64,000 nt of DNA from Lama guanicoe (lineage: Eukaryota): contig MU053594.1 in assembly GCA_013239625.1 (NCBI GenBank), forward strand, positions 1,457,654 to 1,521,653, written 5' to 3'. The translations under genes and the position numbers were made by a program. The notes below the pieces were generated by a model. The model made no database searches and had not been told where the DNA came from. It was given only the letters and a program-made list of their open reading frames with translations. Shown one piece after another: positions 13,401 through 25,109 of the stretch (position 1 is the first letter of the stretch; every line of letters begins with the position of its first letter).

Positions 13401-16239
13401 AAAAATAGTTTTTTAAAAATTATGTTTTTTTGTAGTAAAGAAAGTACTTACACTTCTTTTGAGTACATGCCAGGAAAAATACAAAATTTTTCGACCTCAC
13501 TGTTTTTACTCTATCTTATGACTTACAGTTTTACCTTAACCCCAGAGACATTTTTCTCTTACCAATACATACATTTTACTCAGAATTATATCAACATTGA
13601 TGGATTTTCTTCCAGAGAGCAAGTCTTTTCAGATATGAACTCTACTGAGTTGACTTAACTTCTCAGTTTTATATACTGCTACCATTAATCCATTTCCATT
13701 TCCCCATGTTTCCTTTTAAGAAAATTAATTTTTATCAGAATTATTTTCCAGATAACTTTTTAAACAAATATTGGATTCATTGATCAAGTTCATCCATATC
13801 AAATAATGATTAGTTATTATTTCTGCCATTAGGAAGTTTCCTTCGCCACCCTTTTGAACAAGCCCATTTTCTTGAATTCAACTTCGCATGTCTAAATTGT
13901 ACTAAATGGATCCCTACCAATAAGCCATGTGTAATTTTAGTTGCTGTCAGTTTTATTTTGTGTTGATTATTTCAACCACAGGTATTCATTATGATTTGGT
14001 GAAAATGTTTTGTAGCTAATCCATGAGAAACTGTAAGCATTCTTCCTAAGATATTTCAGGCTCACTCTGTGAGCCAACATTGGTCTGTTAGATTTTGAAG
14101 CGAATTCTTTGATGCCCTTCTGAACACTTGGAAAGCTGTATACTATTTTGTCAATCCACTGAAAAAGCCAAAAACAAACTGCTCCTCGCTCAGTGGTATC
14201 AACAGCTCTCAATTTGATTGATGGGATCAGAACTCATTGTGTGATGTCTAACCAAGTATCTGGACTGTGGGGTCAAAACTGTAGAGTCAAAGCATCCTGA
14301 GCAAGCTCTGTGCTAGGGGCTTGGGTTGTAAAGATGAAAAGATCAGCTCTTTTCTTCAGAAAAATTTGTCTTGGGGGCAATCCAGATGCCTATAAAGTAA
14401 AGATACTATGATGAGTAAGTGCTAATGGTGACCAGTGGTGACATGCAACAAATGTCATAAAGGAATTTTGTATGTTTGAGCCCCTAAGTAGATAGGAATG
14501 AAATTTTCACAGTGAGCTCATGGAGTCTGAAGCACTGAGATCCGTCCTGCTGAGAGCTTTGCTCTGATTAACATGACCAGTGTGCCGGGATGGGCACAGG
14601 GAAACACAGAGGGTGGAGATGGAGTGAAGAGTTTAAAGCCAGGATCCAGACAGTCCTGTGCAGACAAAGTTAGATTGCCCTCCATCTATTTTCTCTCTGG
14701 CACATTTGTCTGTCTTCTTCTCCACCTTGGGACTTGAATCTGGAACCTGAACACCTAGAGATTCTAGACCCGATTTCCCTTACTGTCCCCTTTCCATGCC
14801 CTTTCCCCATCCTTCCACAGGGGCTTTCAGAGCAGAGCTCTCAAGCCCCGAGTAGCAGAGGCTTAGGGAGCTGACCTCCCTCCCCTACCCCCAGAGGAGG
14901 CTGGCCATCCACCCTGCATCGGGACTGCAGTGTGCCCTCATGAAAACCTGATTTAAATTCTGCATTGTTCTTCCATCCTCCAGGGCAGCTTTGGTTGGCT
15001 TGGCTCTGAAGCCATTTTTTTTAAATAATGAATTTATGACCTTGGCAAATATTAATGCTAATCACAGCACTCATCCCAGGATTTATTTAAATGCATCGTT
15101 TTAGGCTTTGGTCAAAATGTGCTTTTGTCTGCAAAGTTACTCTATTAATTTTCTTCATTGGACAGAATGTTTGACAAGATAGTAGTTGTTTTAGCAGCCT
15201 GTTCCCTGCTCAGAAACAGCCCAACTGAAATGCCCACTGCTGAGGCTCAGAGAGGCCAGTCCGCTCTCTGCTTCTCCCACTCCGAATTTCCTCTGCTGCC
15301 TGTAACCCACTATCCATACAAATTGGGAAGGACAATGGCAAGGGTGGGAGAGCACTCAGTGAGTCCCCCTCTTGGGCCTGACCCAGGACCACACTCCTCA
15401 GCAGCAAGGGAGCTACAGAGAAGCCCACACCTCAGGCACCCCATGGTTGCAAACCCAGCATCCCCCACAACAGACCACACCTGAAGAAGGAAGACTGAGG
15501 AAGCAAAGAACTCTCTCTACAAGGAGCTGATTACAGGCAGGAATTAATGCTTTGGAACATAGTATTATTGGATTGATTTTAAATAGACGTTTCGCTTCTC
15601 TTTAGTAATGAACTGTGCGCTCTGAAGGGAGCCAAAAGGAATCAAAAGAAGAAAAGAGAAGAAATCAGAAACAAGAAAAACAACCCCCCGAAAGTCTTCC
15701 TAGGTTATTGTTCTTGGCGGATCTTTAAAATTCTGTTCCGAATTGCTGAGTCTCTGACAGCACAATTGTGATAAACGGATGAATGTCTATTTATACCAAA
15801 ACATAAAACATATGGATGGTTATTTAGAGGACAAATGCATTTTGACAGATATCTAATTTCATTCCACTGATAGGATGTATTTTGTCAGACTCTTCATTTC
15901 GTCTGAGACACAATCGCTTTTGGTTTCCAGTTCCTCGCCATGGTGGAAATGCATTTGTCAGGCCCTCCAGCCCCAAGATGGGATTAAAATATTGCCATCA
16001 CAACGCTGCTTAAAACCAGGGAAAATTGTAAACATCTCCTATTACCCACTCACACAAGAAATATTACCAAGTAAATATCTTTGTGCACCCAACTGGGTAG
16101 CAGAGAGAATGATTCAAAAGTCTTTGGTATAGATGGCTGGCAAATACCGGCCGCCCATGACATACTGAATTACACACGAGCATTTTAAAAAGGAGTTTAA
16201 TTCCCTCAGTGCTTGACAGACAAAAGGAGGCCCAAGGTG

Positions 16240-16264
16240 GTTCTGGAAGGTTCTGGAAGGTTCT
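16240..16264. promoter_or_regulatory. Perfect heat-shock element, five alternating nGAAn pentamers
   Basis: gTTCt gGAAg gTTCt gGAAg gTTCt read directly. Function is untested. Confidence 0.55.
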
Positions 16265-16269
16265 ACTCT

Positions 16270-16690
16270 TCCTTCCTGTTTCAGCTCAAGTGTTACCTCC
16301 TCTAGGAAACATTTTCTGACTCACCCAGGCAGACTTAAACTTTCCTCCCATTGTACTTATCCATCCCTCTAGTAGACCTTTTTAATTATTCTGCATTTTT
16401 CTGGTAGAGAACTTGACTTTTCATTTTTGTATCCTCAGTATCTAGAAAAGCATCTAGTATACAGTAAGTATTCAAAAAGTATTTGTTGAATGAAAAAATA
16501 AATGATTATCTCTATTATAGCATTTATCACCTGAAATTACTAATTTATCTACCATTCTCCTCCACTAGATCATGAGTTCTTTGAGTATGAGGACTATCTG
16601 ATTCATATCTACTTCCTCAGCTATGAGGATGGTGTCTGGTGTATAGTAGGTACTCAGTAAATGTATTGACTGGATGGATGGATGGATGAT
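16270..16690 (+). mobile_element. L2 3' fragments
   Basis: CAGCTCAAGTGTTACCTCCTCTAGGAA; two L2-type tails (..TATTTGTTGAATGAA and ..TAGGTACTCAGTAAATGTATTGACTGGATGGATG). Confidence 0.65.
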
Positions 16691-16892
16691 TGGTTGAAGC
16701 TTCTAGATATTTCTAAAAGTCACCAGCTACATACATACACACAAAAAAGCATTCTCTTTCTCAGTCTCTAGTCTTTGGATTTTGAACTTTGAACTTTGTT
16801 TCTCCAAGGATAGGAGGCATCTGTTTTTTAAAATGTGTTCCCTGAATACTTAAGAAACAGTTGGGGAGCCCTTAAAAGAAATTTAGAGAACC

Positions 16893-17257
16893 TGTATGAT
16901 GTCCGTTGATACGCACTCTCCCATTATTCCTTAGTAATGAAAATTCCAAATTAAGCTCTGCACAAGATGTCTGGAATAATATTTTCCATCCTCCTTTGCA
17001 GATAGGTCTGGTCATATGATTAAATCCTGCCAATGAGATTTAAGTGGAAGGGTCATATGCAACTTCCTGGAAGTATCCTTAAAGGAAGGGAAGAGTCTTC
17101 TTCCCTTCCTCCTTTCTTCTGCTAGAATGCAGATAAGATGGCTGGATCTCAGGCAACCATATGAACCATGAGTTGAAAGCCACATGCTGAGGACGTGAGA
17201 GCAACAAGGTATCAGGCTAGGTTCCTGTCACTTTGTGACCAACCCGATGAGTCCTGG

Positions 17258-17293
<36 letters not shown>

Positions 17294-17360
17294 CCCCCCC
17301 CACTCTTTTTTATGTACCAGAACTAGTTTTCTACCATTTGCACCCTAACTAATCTAACAA
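16893..17360 (+). mobile_element. MLT1J-like MaLR LTR
   Basis: GGTCATATGATTAAATCCTGCCAATGAGAT..GCAACTTCCTGGAAGTATCCTTAAAGG..GATGGCTGGATCTCAGGCAACCAT matches the recalled MLT1I/J consensus. Confidence 0.65.
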
Positions 17361-17507
17361 ATGTAGGCTTTCTGCTGGACACAACATGAAAAAGATCAAG
17401 AATCTTCTACTAAACTGAATTGAATAGAATTAAGCTGGATTGAATTGAATTGAACTGAACTCACACTAGGAACACTAAAGCCATGTCCTTTTAAATAAGA
17501 GAAACTT

Positions 17508-17618
17508 GGTCGTGGAGGAATAGCTCAGTGGTAGAATGTGAGCTCAGCATACACAGAGGTCCTGAGTTCAATCCCCAATACCTTCATTAAGAAAAAAAAA
17601 AAAGAGAGAGAGTGACTC
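17508..17618 (+). mobile_element. Vic-1-type tRNA-derived SINE
   Basis: TAGCTCAGTGGTAGAA..GAGTTCAATCCCC plus poly(A). 17-bp TSD TTAAATAAGAGAA(A/G)CTT at 17491-17507 and 17619-17635. Confidence 0.88.
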
Positions 17619-18659
17619 TTAAATAAGAGAAGCTTTACTGGAAACTCAAGGTAAGAGATGTTTGAACTTGACAGCACATCCCTGAGAGCAGATGGTCTCA
17701 TACCCCTTCCCTCTTTGCTCTGGGCAGTTTCCTTAACTTGAGGGAAGAAAAACCGCTACCACTGCTACTGTTAAAATATTCCCTTAGCTTCCATCAGACG
17801 TAGCCCTGATCTGGAACCGCGGGCCAACCAGCAACGTCCCTTAAAGAGGCAAAAATCCCGCAGAGAGGAGAGTTTTAACTTGGGGTTAAGTGCTCCCACT
17901 CCCAGCCTATAACTACAAAACATCTTGATTCTAATAGGCCGAGCTCAATTTCCATCTCCATTTAGAGCACTTTGACTGTGGTCATTTTTCTGATAATGCC
18001 CAGGAATTTCATGGCTTTTTAAGCAAGATGAGGTTGAATGGTTGGATATACTGTGGGTGAAATGCTGGCAGAAGAAACTTCAATTTAGCAACTGTTCTCA
18101 TGGACTACAAATCGGGGACTCCTCAGAAGAGTGATGCCATTGAAAACAGTTATTACTCAATGTTAATAAAAAAAAATAATGGATCTAATAAAAGTTAATG
18201 GGGAAGTATCATATGCTATAAAAAACTGCAGTCAAAGCAAAGAATGCTGGGTTGGGGGGAGAAGACAGAATTACAGAATACTATAACTCTGTACTGTCTA
18301 CAAGCCGAAATGGCTGTGTCCGTAACACTTCTGAAGTGCCAGTGGTTACGCAAATCAAATTACACTGTGGAATTCTTAACCTCCTTTTGCAAAAAGAAAA
18401 AAAGAGCAAATGAGAAACAGCCAGCGAACCTAATTCATTAACCGCATATGAGATCCTGGTCCATGGTTGGCTACTTTCAGTAAACAGCAGTCAATTTCTT
18501 TCTTAGGAACTCATTGTATGTGTTTCCCAGCTAGACTGAGAGCTTGGTTTCTCTAACGAGCCCTGTCTTGTGTCTAAACAGAGTGGCTAGGTTCTTAGGA
18601 ATTTAAGCCTTATACAGCATCCATGATCCCTACTGAGACATGGGAAATTGGAGGAATCA

Positions 18660-19355
18660 AACGCCTTCCCTCCGTCCTTTCTGCTGCCACCCTAGTCAGG
18701 CCCCCATCATTTTCCACCTGGACTCCCCTCCAGCCTCCTACCTGCTCTTCCCTACTTCCACTCTGGCTTTCTGCTTTCTCCACTCACTCAGATCCATTTC
18801 CCACACGGCAGCCAGAGTGGTCTTTTTAATTTACGGATACGATTTCATCTTTCTTCTGCTTAAAATCCTTCGGAGACTTCCCTTGGCTCTTAGGATAAAA
18901 ACCAAAGTCCTTTCAAGGCTTAAAAGACTTCCCATAATTTGGACTCTACCCGTTTTTCAGTCTCGTCATAAGCCACATGCCCCCCACTCCCGGCCACACA
19001 GACAGGGGTGCACCTCTGCACCCTCACTGCTGAGAGCTTCTGCTCCAACTCACCCAATGTCTGCTGAGATCATTTGAACTCATCTTTAATTTTATTTCCT
19101 CAGGAAGAGCTTCCCTGCTCCCAGAAGAGGTTAGCTTCTGCTGATGCATGTTCATAAGTTACTCCGCACTGGCCCCTTTTGTAAAATTTCATATATTGTT
19201 AATTATCTGTACAATGTCAGCCTTCCCCACTCAACTTTAAGCCTCTTAATGGTAAGCTCTGGGCCTGTCTTATTTCCTACTTTCCCCCAGCACCTAGTAA
19301 AGTGCATGAAATTCTAGGCATTCAAATCCTTGTTAACTATCTGAATGAATAAATA
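18660..19355 (+). mobile_element. L2 3' region
   Basis: CCATCATTTTCCACCTGGAC..CACACGGCAGCCAGAGTGGTCTTTTTAA..CTTAGGATAAAAACCAAAGTCC, ending TGAATGAATAAATAAA. Confidence 0.75.
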
Positions 19356-19619
19356 AAAGAATGAGCTGTCCCCCAAACCCAGAAACACTGTGCTAATGCA
19401 GCCAATTATAGAGGCCCTACCCTGGAAATTTAAAACCCAAGTCATGAAGGTGCAGAGCACTTGGAGGCAAGAGAAATCTAGGGGCAGGCTGTGTACACAG
19501 CCTCTCCTGGGGACAGAAAAACAGAGGAGTCTTTCCAGCAGCTTCTTAGGTCAGAGGTAAATCTTGCTAGGAAGTCCCTTTCACAGCCTTTCAAAAAAAG
19601 TCGTCAGAGTGCTGGAGTT

Positions 19620-20520
19620 GGAAAATCCTCATTTTGAAACCGTCAGAGTAAAGATTCGTTAAGAATTATCAATAGGATGCTAAAACCAGGCGGGAGTCAG
19701 AGGAGGATTTCTGATGCTTGCATGGACTTGAAAGGTTTCTCTACAGATTGTTTATTAGTTACAAAGGATAAAATAGTAACTGTATGGTGGAGAAATTGAA
19801 CAACACTTTGACCAGTTGATGGACGTTAAGAAGCACCAGACTGATACTGTATGACTCCAGATGTGACACCCTGAGAAAGACACAGCACCCCTGGAGGACT
19901 CTTCTGGCCTGGAATATATAGCCTAAATATGATGATGAGGAAGCATTAAATAAATCCAACATGAGCAACATTCTTTGAAGGAAGGAGGCAGGGGGGATGG
20001 TTCTATATTCAAAAATGTCAATGTTACAAAAGACAAAGAAAGCAGTGGAAATGTTCCAGATTAAAGGAGACTAAAGAGACAAGGCAATAAAATGTAACAT
20101 TCTCCTAGATTGGATCCCACACTGGAGGGAAAAAAAAAGTCCTAAAGATCATCATTGGGCTATGTGACAAAATTGGAATACAGACAATGAATTAGGTAAA
20201 GATACTGTATTAATATTAAATTACTGAATTTGTTAAGTATCCTGGAGATTTATAAGAAAAAGAGAAAGCAAATGCCCCTATTTTGGGGAAATATACACTG
20301 AAATATTTCAGGGTAACAGGCCATGATGTATCCAGCTTAATCTCATAGGGTTAAGAAAAAATATTACACACACACACACACACACACACAGATGACAAAT
20401 AGTAAAGCAAGCAGATTAAATGTTAAAAACAGAGGAATCTGGGTGTACTTGGTACTATTCTTGTTTTTGTTAATTTCTATGTAAGTTTGAAGTTATTTCC
20501 AAATAAGAATAATTTTAAAG
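19620..20520 (+). mobile_element. L1MC4/5-like 3'UTR, containing (CA)n at 20367-20390
   Basis: AAAATGTCAATGTTACAAAAGACAAAGAAAG..TTCCAGATTAAAGGAGACTAAAGAGAC; ends GTAAGTTTGAAGTTATTTCCAAATAA. Confidence 0.75.
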
Positions 20521-20749
20521 GGTCTTGAGGCTATAACCCAGCCTCCTTCTTCAAGATAAGCTCCTTCTGGCCACCAGGCCAAAAAAAAGGAACAGGCAAG
20601 GCAAGGCAGAGGGAGGGCCCCCCCACCCATGCTTACACACAGAGCCCCCATCTTGTCTCTTAGAACTCCTGAGGGTCTCCAGAAGCCACCTCAGGACACC
20701 TAACATGCAAAGCACCATCACAGAGCAGCGAGCTGCTTAAGAATGTCTG

Positions 20750-20762
20750 GTTGCCTAGCAAC
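20750..20762. promoter_or_regulatory. RFX X-box
   Basis: GTTGCCTAGCAAC, a consensus palindromic RFX site, in non-repeat sequence. Confidence 0.6.
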
Positions 20763-21051
20763 CCAGACTCCTACTGGACAAGATAAAGCTGAAGCTCTCC
20801 CTCTGGGTCTCCAGGTTAGTGCACTCTGGACAGAGAGCCTCTGTGGGTCACATTCCAGGTGAGGCTCTGGCCAGAGCCAAGTCTAGGTCCTGAGCCTCGT
20901 AAAGCAACCTCCATGGCTCAGAGGGCTTAAGTCAGACCAAAGCCTGGGGATCAAGGAATTCAGCTTCATAAAATGTAAATTGAGCAGACCTTCAATCACG
21001 TCACTTTAGTGCTCTGATCCTATTTCCTTACAGGACACAGGCGGGTTAACT

Positions 21052-21216
21052 CAGTGGTTCTCAAATCTAGTTGAGTATTGGGATAACCTAATGAGCTAGT
21101 GACCAACTGCATTCTGCTCTCAATGAGATCAGAATCTCTGGGGATGGGGCCGAGGCACTGGTGTTTTTTGAAAGCTCTTCAGATGATTCAAATGCAGAAG
21201 CAATGTTGAGAATCAA
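21052..21216. mobile_element. MER5-like hAT MITE
   Basis: CAGTGGTTCTCAAA..TCAGAATCTCTGGGGATGGGGCC..GATGATTC..TTGAGAATCA. Related copies at about 22310-22445 and 25795-25920. Confidence 0.7.
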
Positions 21217-21490
21217 TAATCTTAATGAACTATTAGGTCCAGACATCTCTCAGAACCATTTACTTGATGCCTATAGTGGTATCTTGATTCCTAGTCTCTT
21301 ATTCCCTCCTCTCCATCCAAATGGAGTCCCTTGACCCCCACGCTTTAGACTCAGCTCTGCTCCACCCATAGGACCATCGTTGACTGATTCCAGTTCCCTC
21401 AGTACAAGCTCAATCATCTTTGCTGCTGGTCTATCCACTACCCAGCCCCTTATTTCTCGAGGCTCAGACCTATCCTGTGCCTTCCAAGAC

Positions 21491-21911
21491 TGTGAAGAAT
21501 CTGAGATTTTGCAATACTTGCAAGGGAAGAAGTTAGCCTGCTGCATTTTCATGTACGCTGATAGAAGACATGCTATTCCTGGGTCAGAGACAGGGACAGT
21601 GTATTACTTACAGCAAGAACAATGTGTCATTTTGCACCAGTTCCCCGAGCCCCAATATCCCGAGGGCCTGAAGAGGGTCGGATGGCACCTGTACACAAAG
21701 TGCGTTGTATTATAGGGTAGGAAGCTGAGTTTAGGAAACCCAGTCCTCTTATAATGGGCAATAAGCATGCATGCCCTTTGCTCATGAAACAGACACAGTC
21801 TCTTGTCTTCTGAGCTGTTCACTATAGAAACATCCTTGAAAAGATAGTCCAGTGCCCTGCCTGCAAGAGATACAGGGATATGAGAGACCCGTGGAGAACT
21901 GCCCCTCATCA
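21491..21911 (-). mobile_element. LTR40-like ERVL solo LTR
   Basis: Minus strand starts TGATGAGGGGCAGTTCTCCACGGGTCTC and ends CAGGCTAACTT..CTTGCAAGTATTGCAAAATCTCAGATTCTTCACA (TG..CA). Confidence 0.7.
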
Positions 21912-22849
21912 GCACCCCAGCTCTAACACCCTGTGCGGGAGACTCTGACTTGCTCATCTGGATCCAGGCTGCTGGGGCCACCCTTGTGCTTTGCCCTTGT
22001 TAGTTCTCTCAGAACTAGCATCCTGCCTCTGAACCCCAGTTCTGCAGCTGAGACCTGCTTCCTTAGTCCAGCTACATACAGCCACCCACCTGAACTGCCC
22101 AACACCACGATCCCCCAGAAGTGATCCAAACGTTCCTTCCAGGCAAATGGGCCCCCAAGGCCCTGACCCATGGTGGGAACGCTCTAAGCTGGGGCAAAAC
22201 ATGAGAATGGGGCAGAGCTGGCCCGAGGCTGCAGGGCCAGGACCCCAGGAAGACAGCCAGAGCAGCACCCAGGCCGAAGGGAGGGTTGCAAACTACCCAT
22301 AGTCTAAACCAGCCGCTCTCAAACATCAGTGTTACCAGAATCACCCGGGGGCTTGTGAAAGCGCAGATTTCTGGGCCCCAGCCCAAACATCTCTGATTGA
22401 CTAGGTCTGAGGTAACAAGTTCCCAGGCAGTGCTGACGCTGCCCTGATCTAAGCCTGGTCGATCCAAAGCATCTGGGCTGAGGAAGAACCACCAGACTGA
22501 GGAGAATGGAGCGCCCAGCAGGAGCAACAAGAAGGAAGGTTTAGGAGAGCCTTCAGGCCTGCATCCAGGTTTTATAAAACCCCCTCAGCCTGGCCCGTGG
22601 CTCAGGGCGGGCACTGCTGGGATCATCTAGGGCCGTGACATATGGGGCTTCCTGCAGCTGACCGCTCGTTTTCCCAGAGGCCACGCCCACCTGTTGCACA
22701 GGCTTCCTCCCGTGTCTACAGTGGGCTCTGCTCTCTGGGTCCCGTTCGACCCCACAGGTAGGTCTGGTTGGAGCTTTCGGTCCTCCCGGACTACCTGGTC
22801 CCATTAGAGTTAACCCAGTGATGCAGTGATACTAGTTAGTCTTCTTTGC

Positions 22850-23327
22850 CCCTCCGGCTCCTCTCCATTTATCATTTGTACACACCCACCAAATCCATTC
22901 TTCCCTTGTTCTCTGCTCTGTGCCCCTGAGGCTGATGCCCTAACAGGCTGCAGCGCCTGGGCATGGGGTTTCCAGTTACGTTTGACTAAAGGCCCTGGCA
23001 GGGGGTCAAGGAGAGGCGCTCCAGCATTTCTCTCCCACTCCTTCCTCCTTAGGGCTGTATCTCTCGCAATATTTGCGTCCTACCTACAGGGTGGCTCCTC
23101 CACCCCAACTTCAGATTTAAAACTAGAAAATTGTTTCTATAAAGTGATCACCTCCTCTGGTCTCTTCAGCACTCACGGTGGGAACGGCTTCCCACTGTTA
23201 TTTCCAGTGCATAATAATTGGTACCTGTTCCCTTAGCCCTGCTCACACCTCTGTAAGCGGTCCCTTCATTGAAGTCTCTTAAACCTCTGAGCTGGAAGCT
23301 CTTTCCTGCTGGGACCCTGACAGAGAC
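22850..23327. mobile_element. LTR33-like ERVL LTR
   Basis: CTGCTCTGTGCCCCTGAGGCTGA..GGTGGGAACGGCTTCCCACTGTT..CCCTGCTCACACCTCTGTAAGCGGTCCCTTCATTGAA..TTCCTGCTGGGACCCTGAC matches the recalled LTR33 pattern. Confidence 0.6.
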
Positions 23328-23685
23328 CCCTGCTTGTCTGGCCACACCCCCAAGACATGCCAGAGCTCCTGTCTTTTGGACAGAGGTACTGAAATGGGCT
23401 TTCCTCAGTAGCAGAGTGGAGAGAGGGCTCCCTCCACCCTCTCAGGCATCCATCCTGAACTCCAGCCAGCTCCCCAGGGCTTCCCAGGGCTGTGGAGACA
23501 GCAGCAAGACGACGCACAGCTCCTACGACCAGAGGCCTGGCAGCTGGGCATCGGAAAGCTTATCTCTCCGGGCAGCTTCCCCTTAAGTGGAAGCAGGGCT
23601 TTCCGATAGGAGCAAACAGGGCGAGGCTGAGCCCAGAGAGTGAGCGAATGTGCTCATGAGGCCCTGCTGATCCTGTTTCCCAAAG

Positions 23686-23805
23686 TCACGTCAGGAGCTG
23701 CAGGCTGGTACTAGCGGCATTCGGAGCCTCGGATGCTGTTGCCATGGTAACACTAGGGTCACTGCTTAGCAACAGGCCAGAGCTGCAGGAAGTTGCTAAG
23801 GTATT
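23686..23805. promoter_or_regulatory. Candidate promoter/enhancer: CRE-like site plus three RFX sites
   Basis: TCACGTCA (23686-23693), GTTGCCATGGTAAC (23738-23751), CTGCTTAGCAAC (23762-23773) and GTTGCTAAGG (23792-23801), in unique, moderately CpG-containing DNA. Confidence 0.65.
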
Positions 23806-25109
23806 TTCATGTGTGTTAAAGTAAATGGATGTTTATCTCAATTTTGAGTGTAAATACACTGTGGGGGATTGGCGGGGGGAGAAAACATACACATGCAAAC
23901 CACCTACTGATGTGCAGACTTGCATATCCGCTGATACTGAGGCCTGGAGAATATGCATTCTCTCTGGGAGAGGCAGACAGGGAGACCATATATGACCCAG
24001 TGAAGCACATCCCCTAAAACATCTGCCCGCCTGACTTCTCACTCACCCAGCCTTGAAACCTTCACCATCAGCTAATGATCAACATCGTTTCCAAATCTTT
24101 CTCCTTAATGGTTTTCGAAAAGCCACATTGAGTAGAAATTACATGTGCAGACTGCCCAGGTCTAAAACCTAGCTCTGTCCCTTTCTTGCTCTATGACTTT
24201 GGACAAGCAACTTAGCTTCTCTGTGCCTCAACTTCCTGACCTGCAAAATGGGAATATTAATAGTGCCTACTCACAGGGCTTTTGAGAATTAAATAATCTA
24301 TTCAACGTCAAGCACTCAAAACAGTGCCTAGAATGTCTTGAGGGTTTTATTAAGAATGGCTGTTTTCAATATGAATCCATGAAAACTTTCCCATGTGCCA
24401 GGCCCTATAGGAAGAATCAGGAATATAAAAGTTTCTAAGAAACTGACCTCATCCCCAGGAGACCCACATCTATTCCAGTGCCAGTGGTGTGATGGTAAAG
24501 TCTTAACTCTTTCATTGGTCATTCAAGGTACCTTCAAATCTAGCTCCAGCCTGGCCTTCCTACTTAAGGGGTAGTTGTGAGAATTAAGCAAGGTAACACA
24601 CACTGTAAGAGTTCAGAATGGTGCCTGGCATGCAATAAGTGCTCAATAAAAGTTACCTATTACAACTAAAATAATAATTATTACTTCCCCACCAGTCACA
24701 TGCCAGCTCCAGGCTGGTCTGTGTTCTGGTCCCCAACTAAGCTTCACGCACTCCCACATCTGGGTCCTTGTCTACACTGGTCCTGACCACCTGGGATACT
24801 TCCTCCTTCCTTCCCACCAGCTTCCTGTCCGTGTGACCTTGAGAGCAGGTCCAGTCATTCTCATTCCTGGAAACCACCCGGCCACCCCAGGCCAAGGGCA
24901 TTCATCCCACCCGCACCACATCCAAACGCCCGCGGTCTTCACTGTTCTTCTGCCTCATCTTCAGGTGTCCGCATCTTGCTTTCTGAACCAGAATGTAGCC
25001 CCTCTCGTCAGACACTCCTTATGCATCTTCTCAGAGCTTCTTGGCATCACCTATCTTGGGCCCTTTACCACTGTTCCACCTCCATTGTCATCGCAGTGAC
25101 CAGCTCTGC

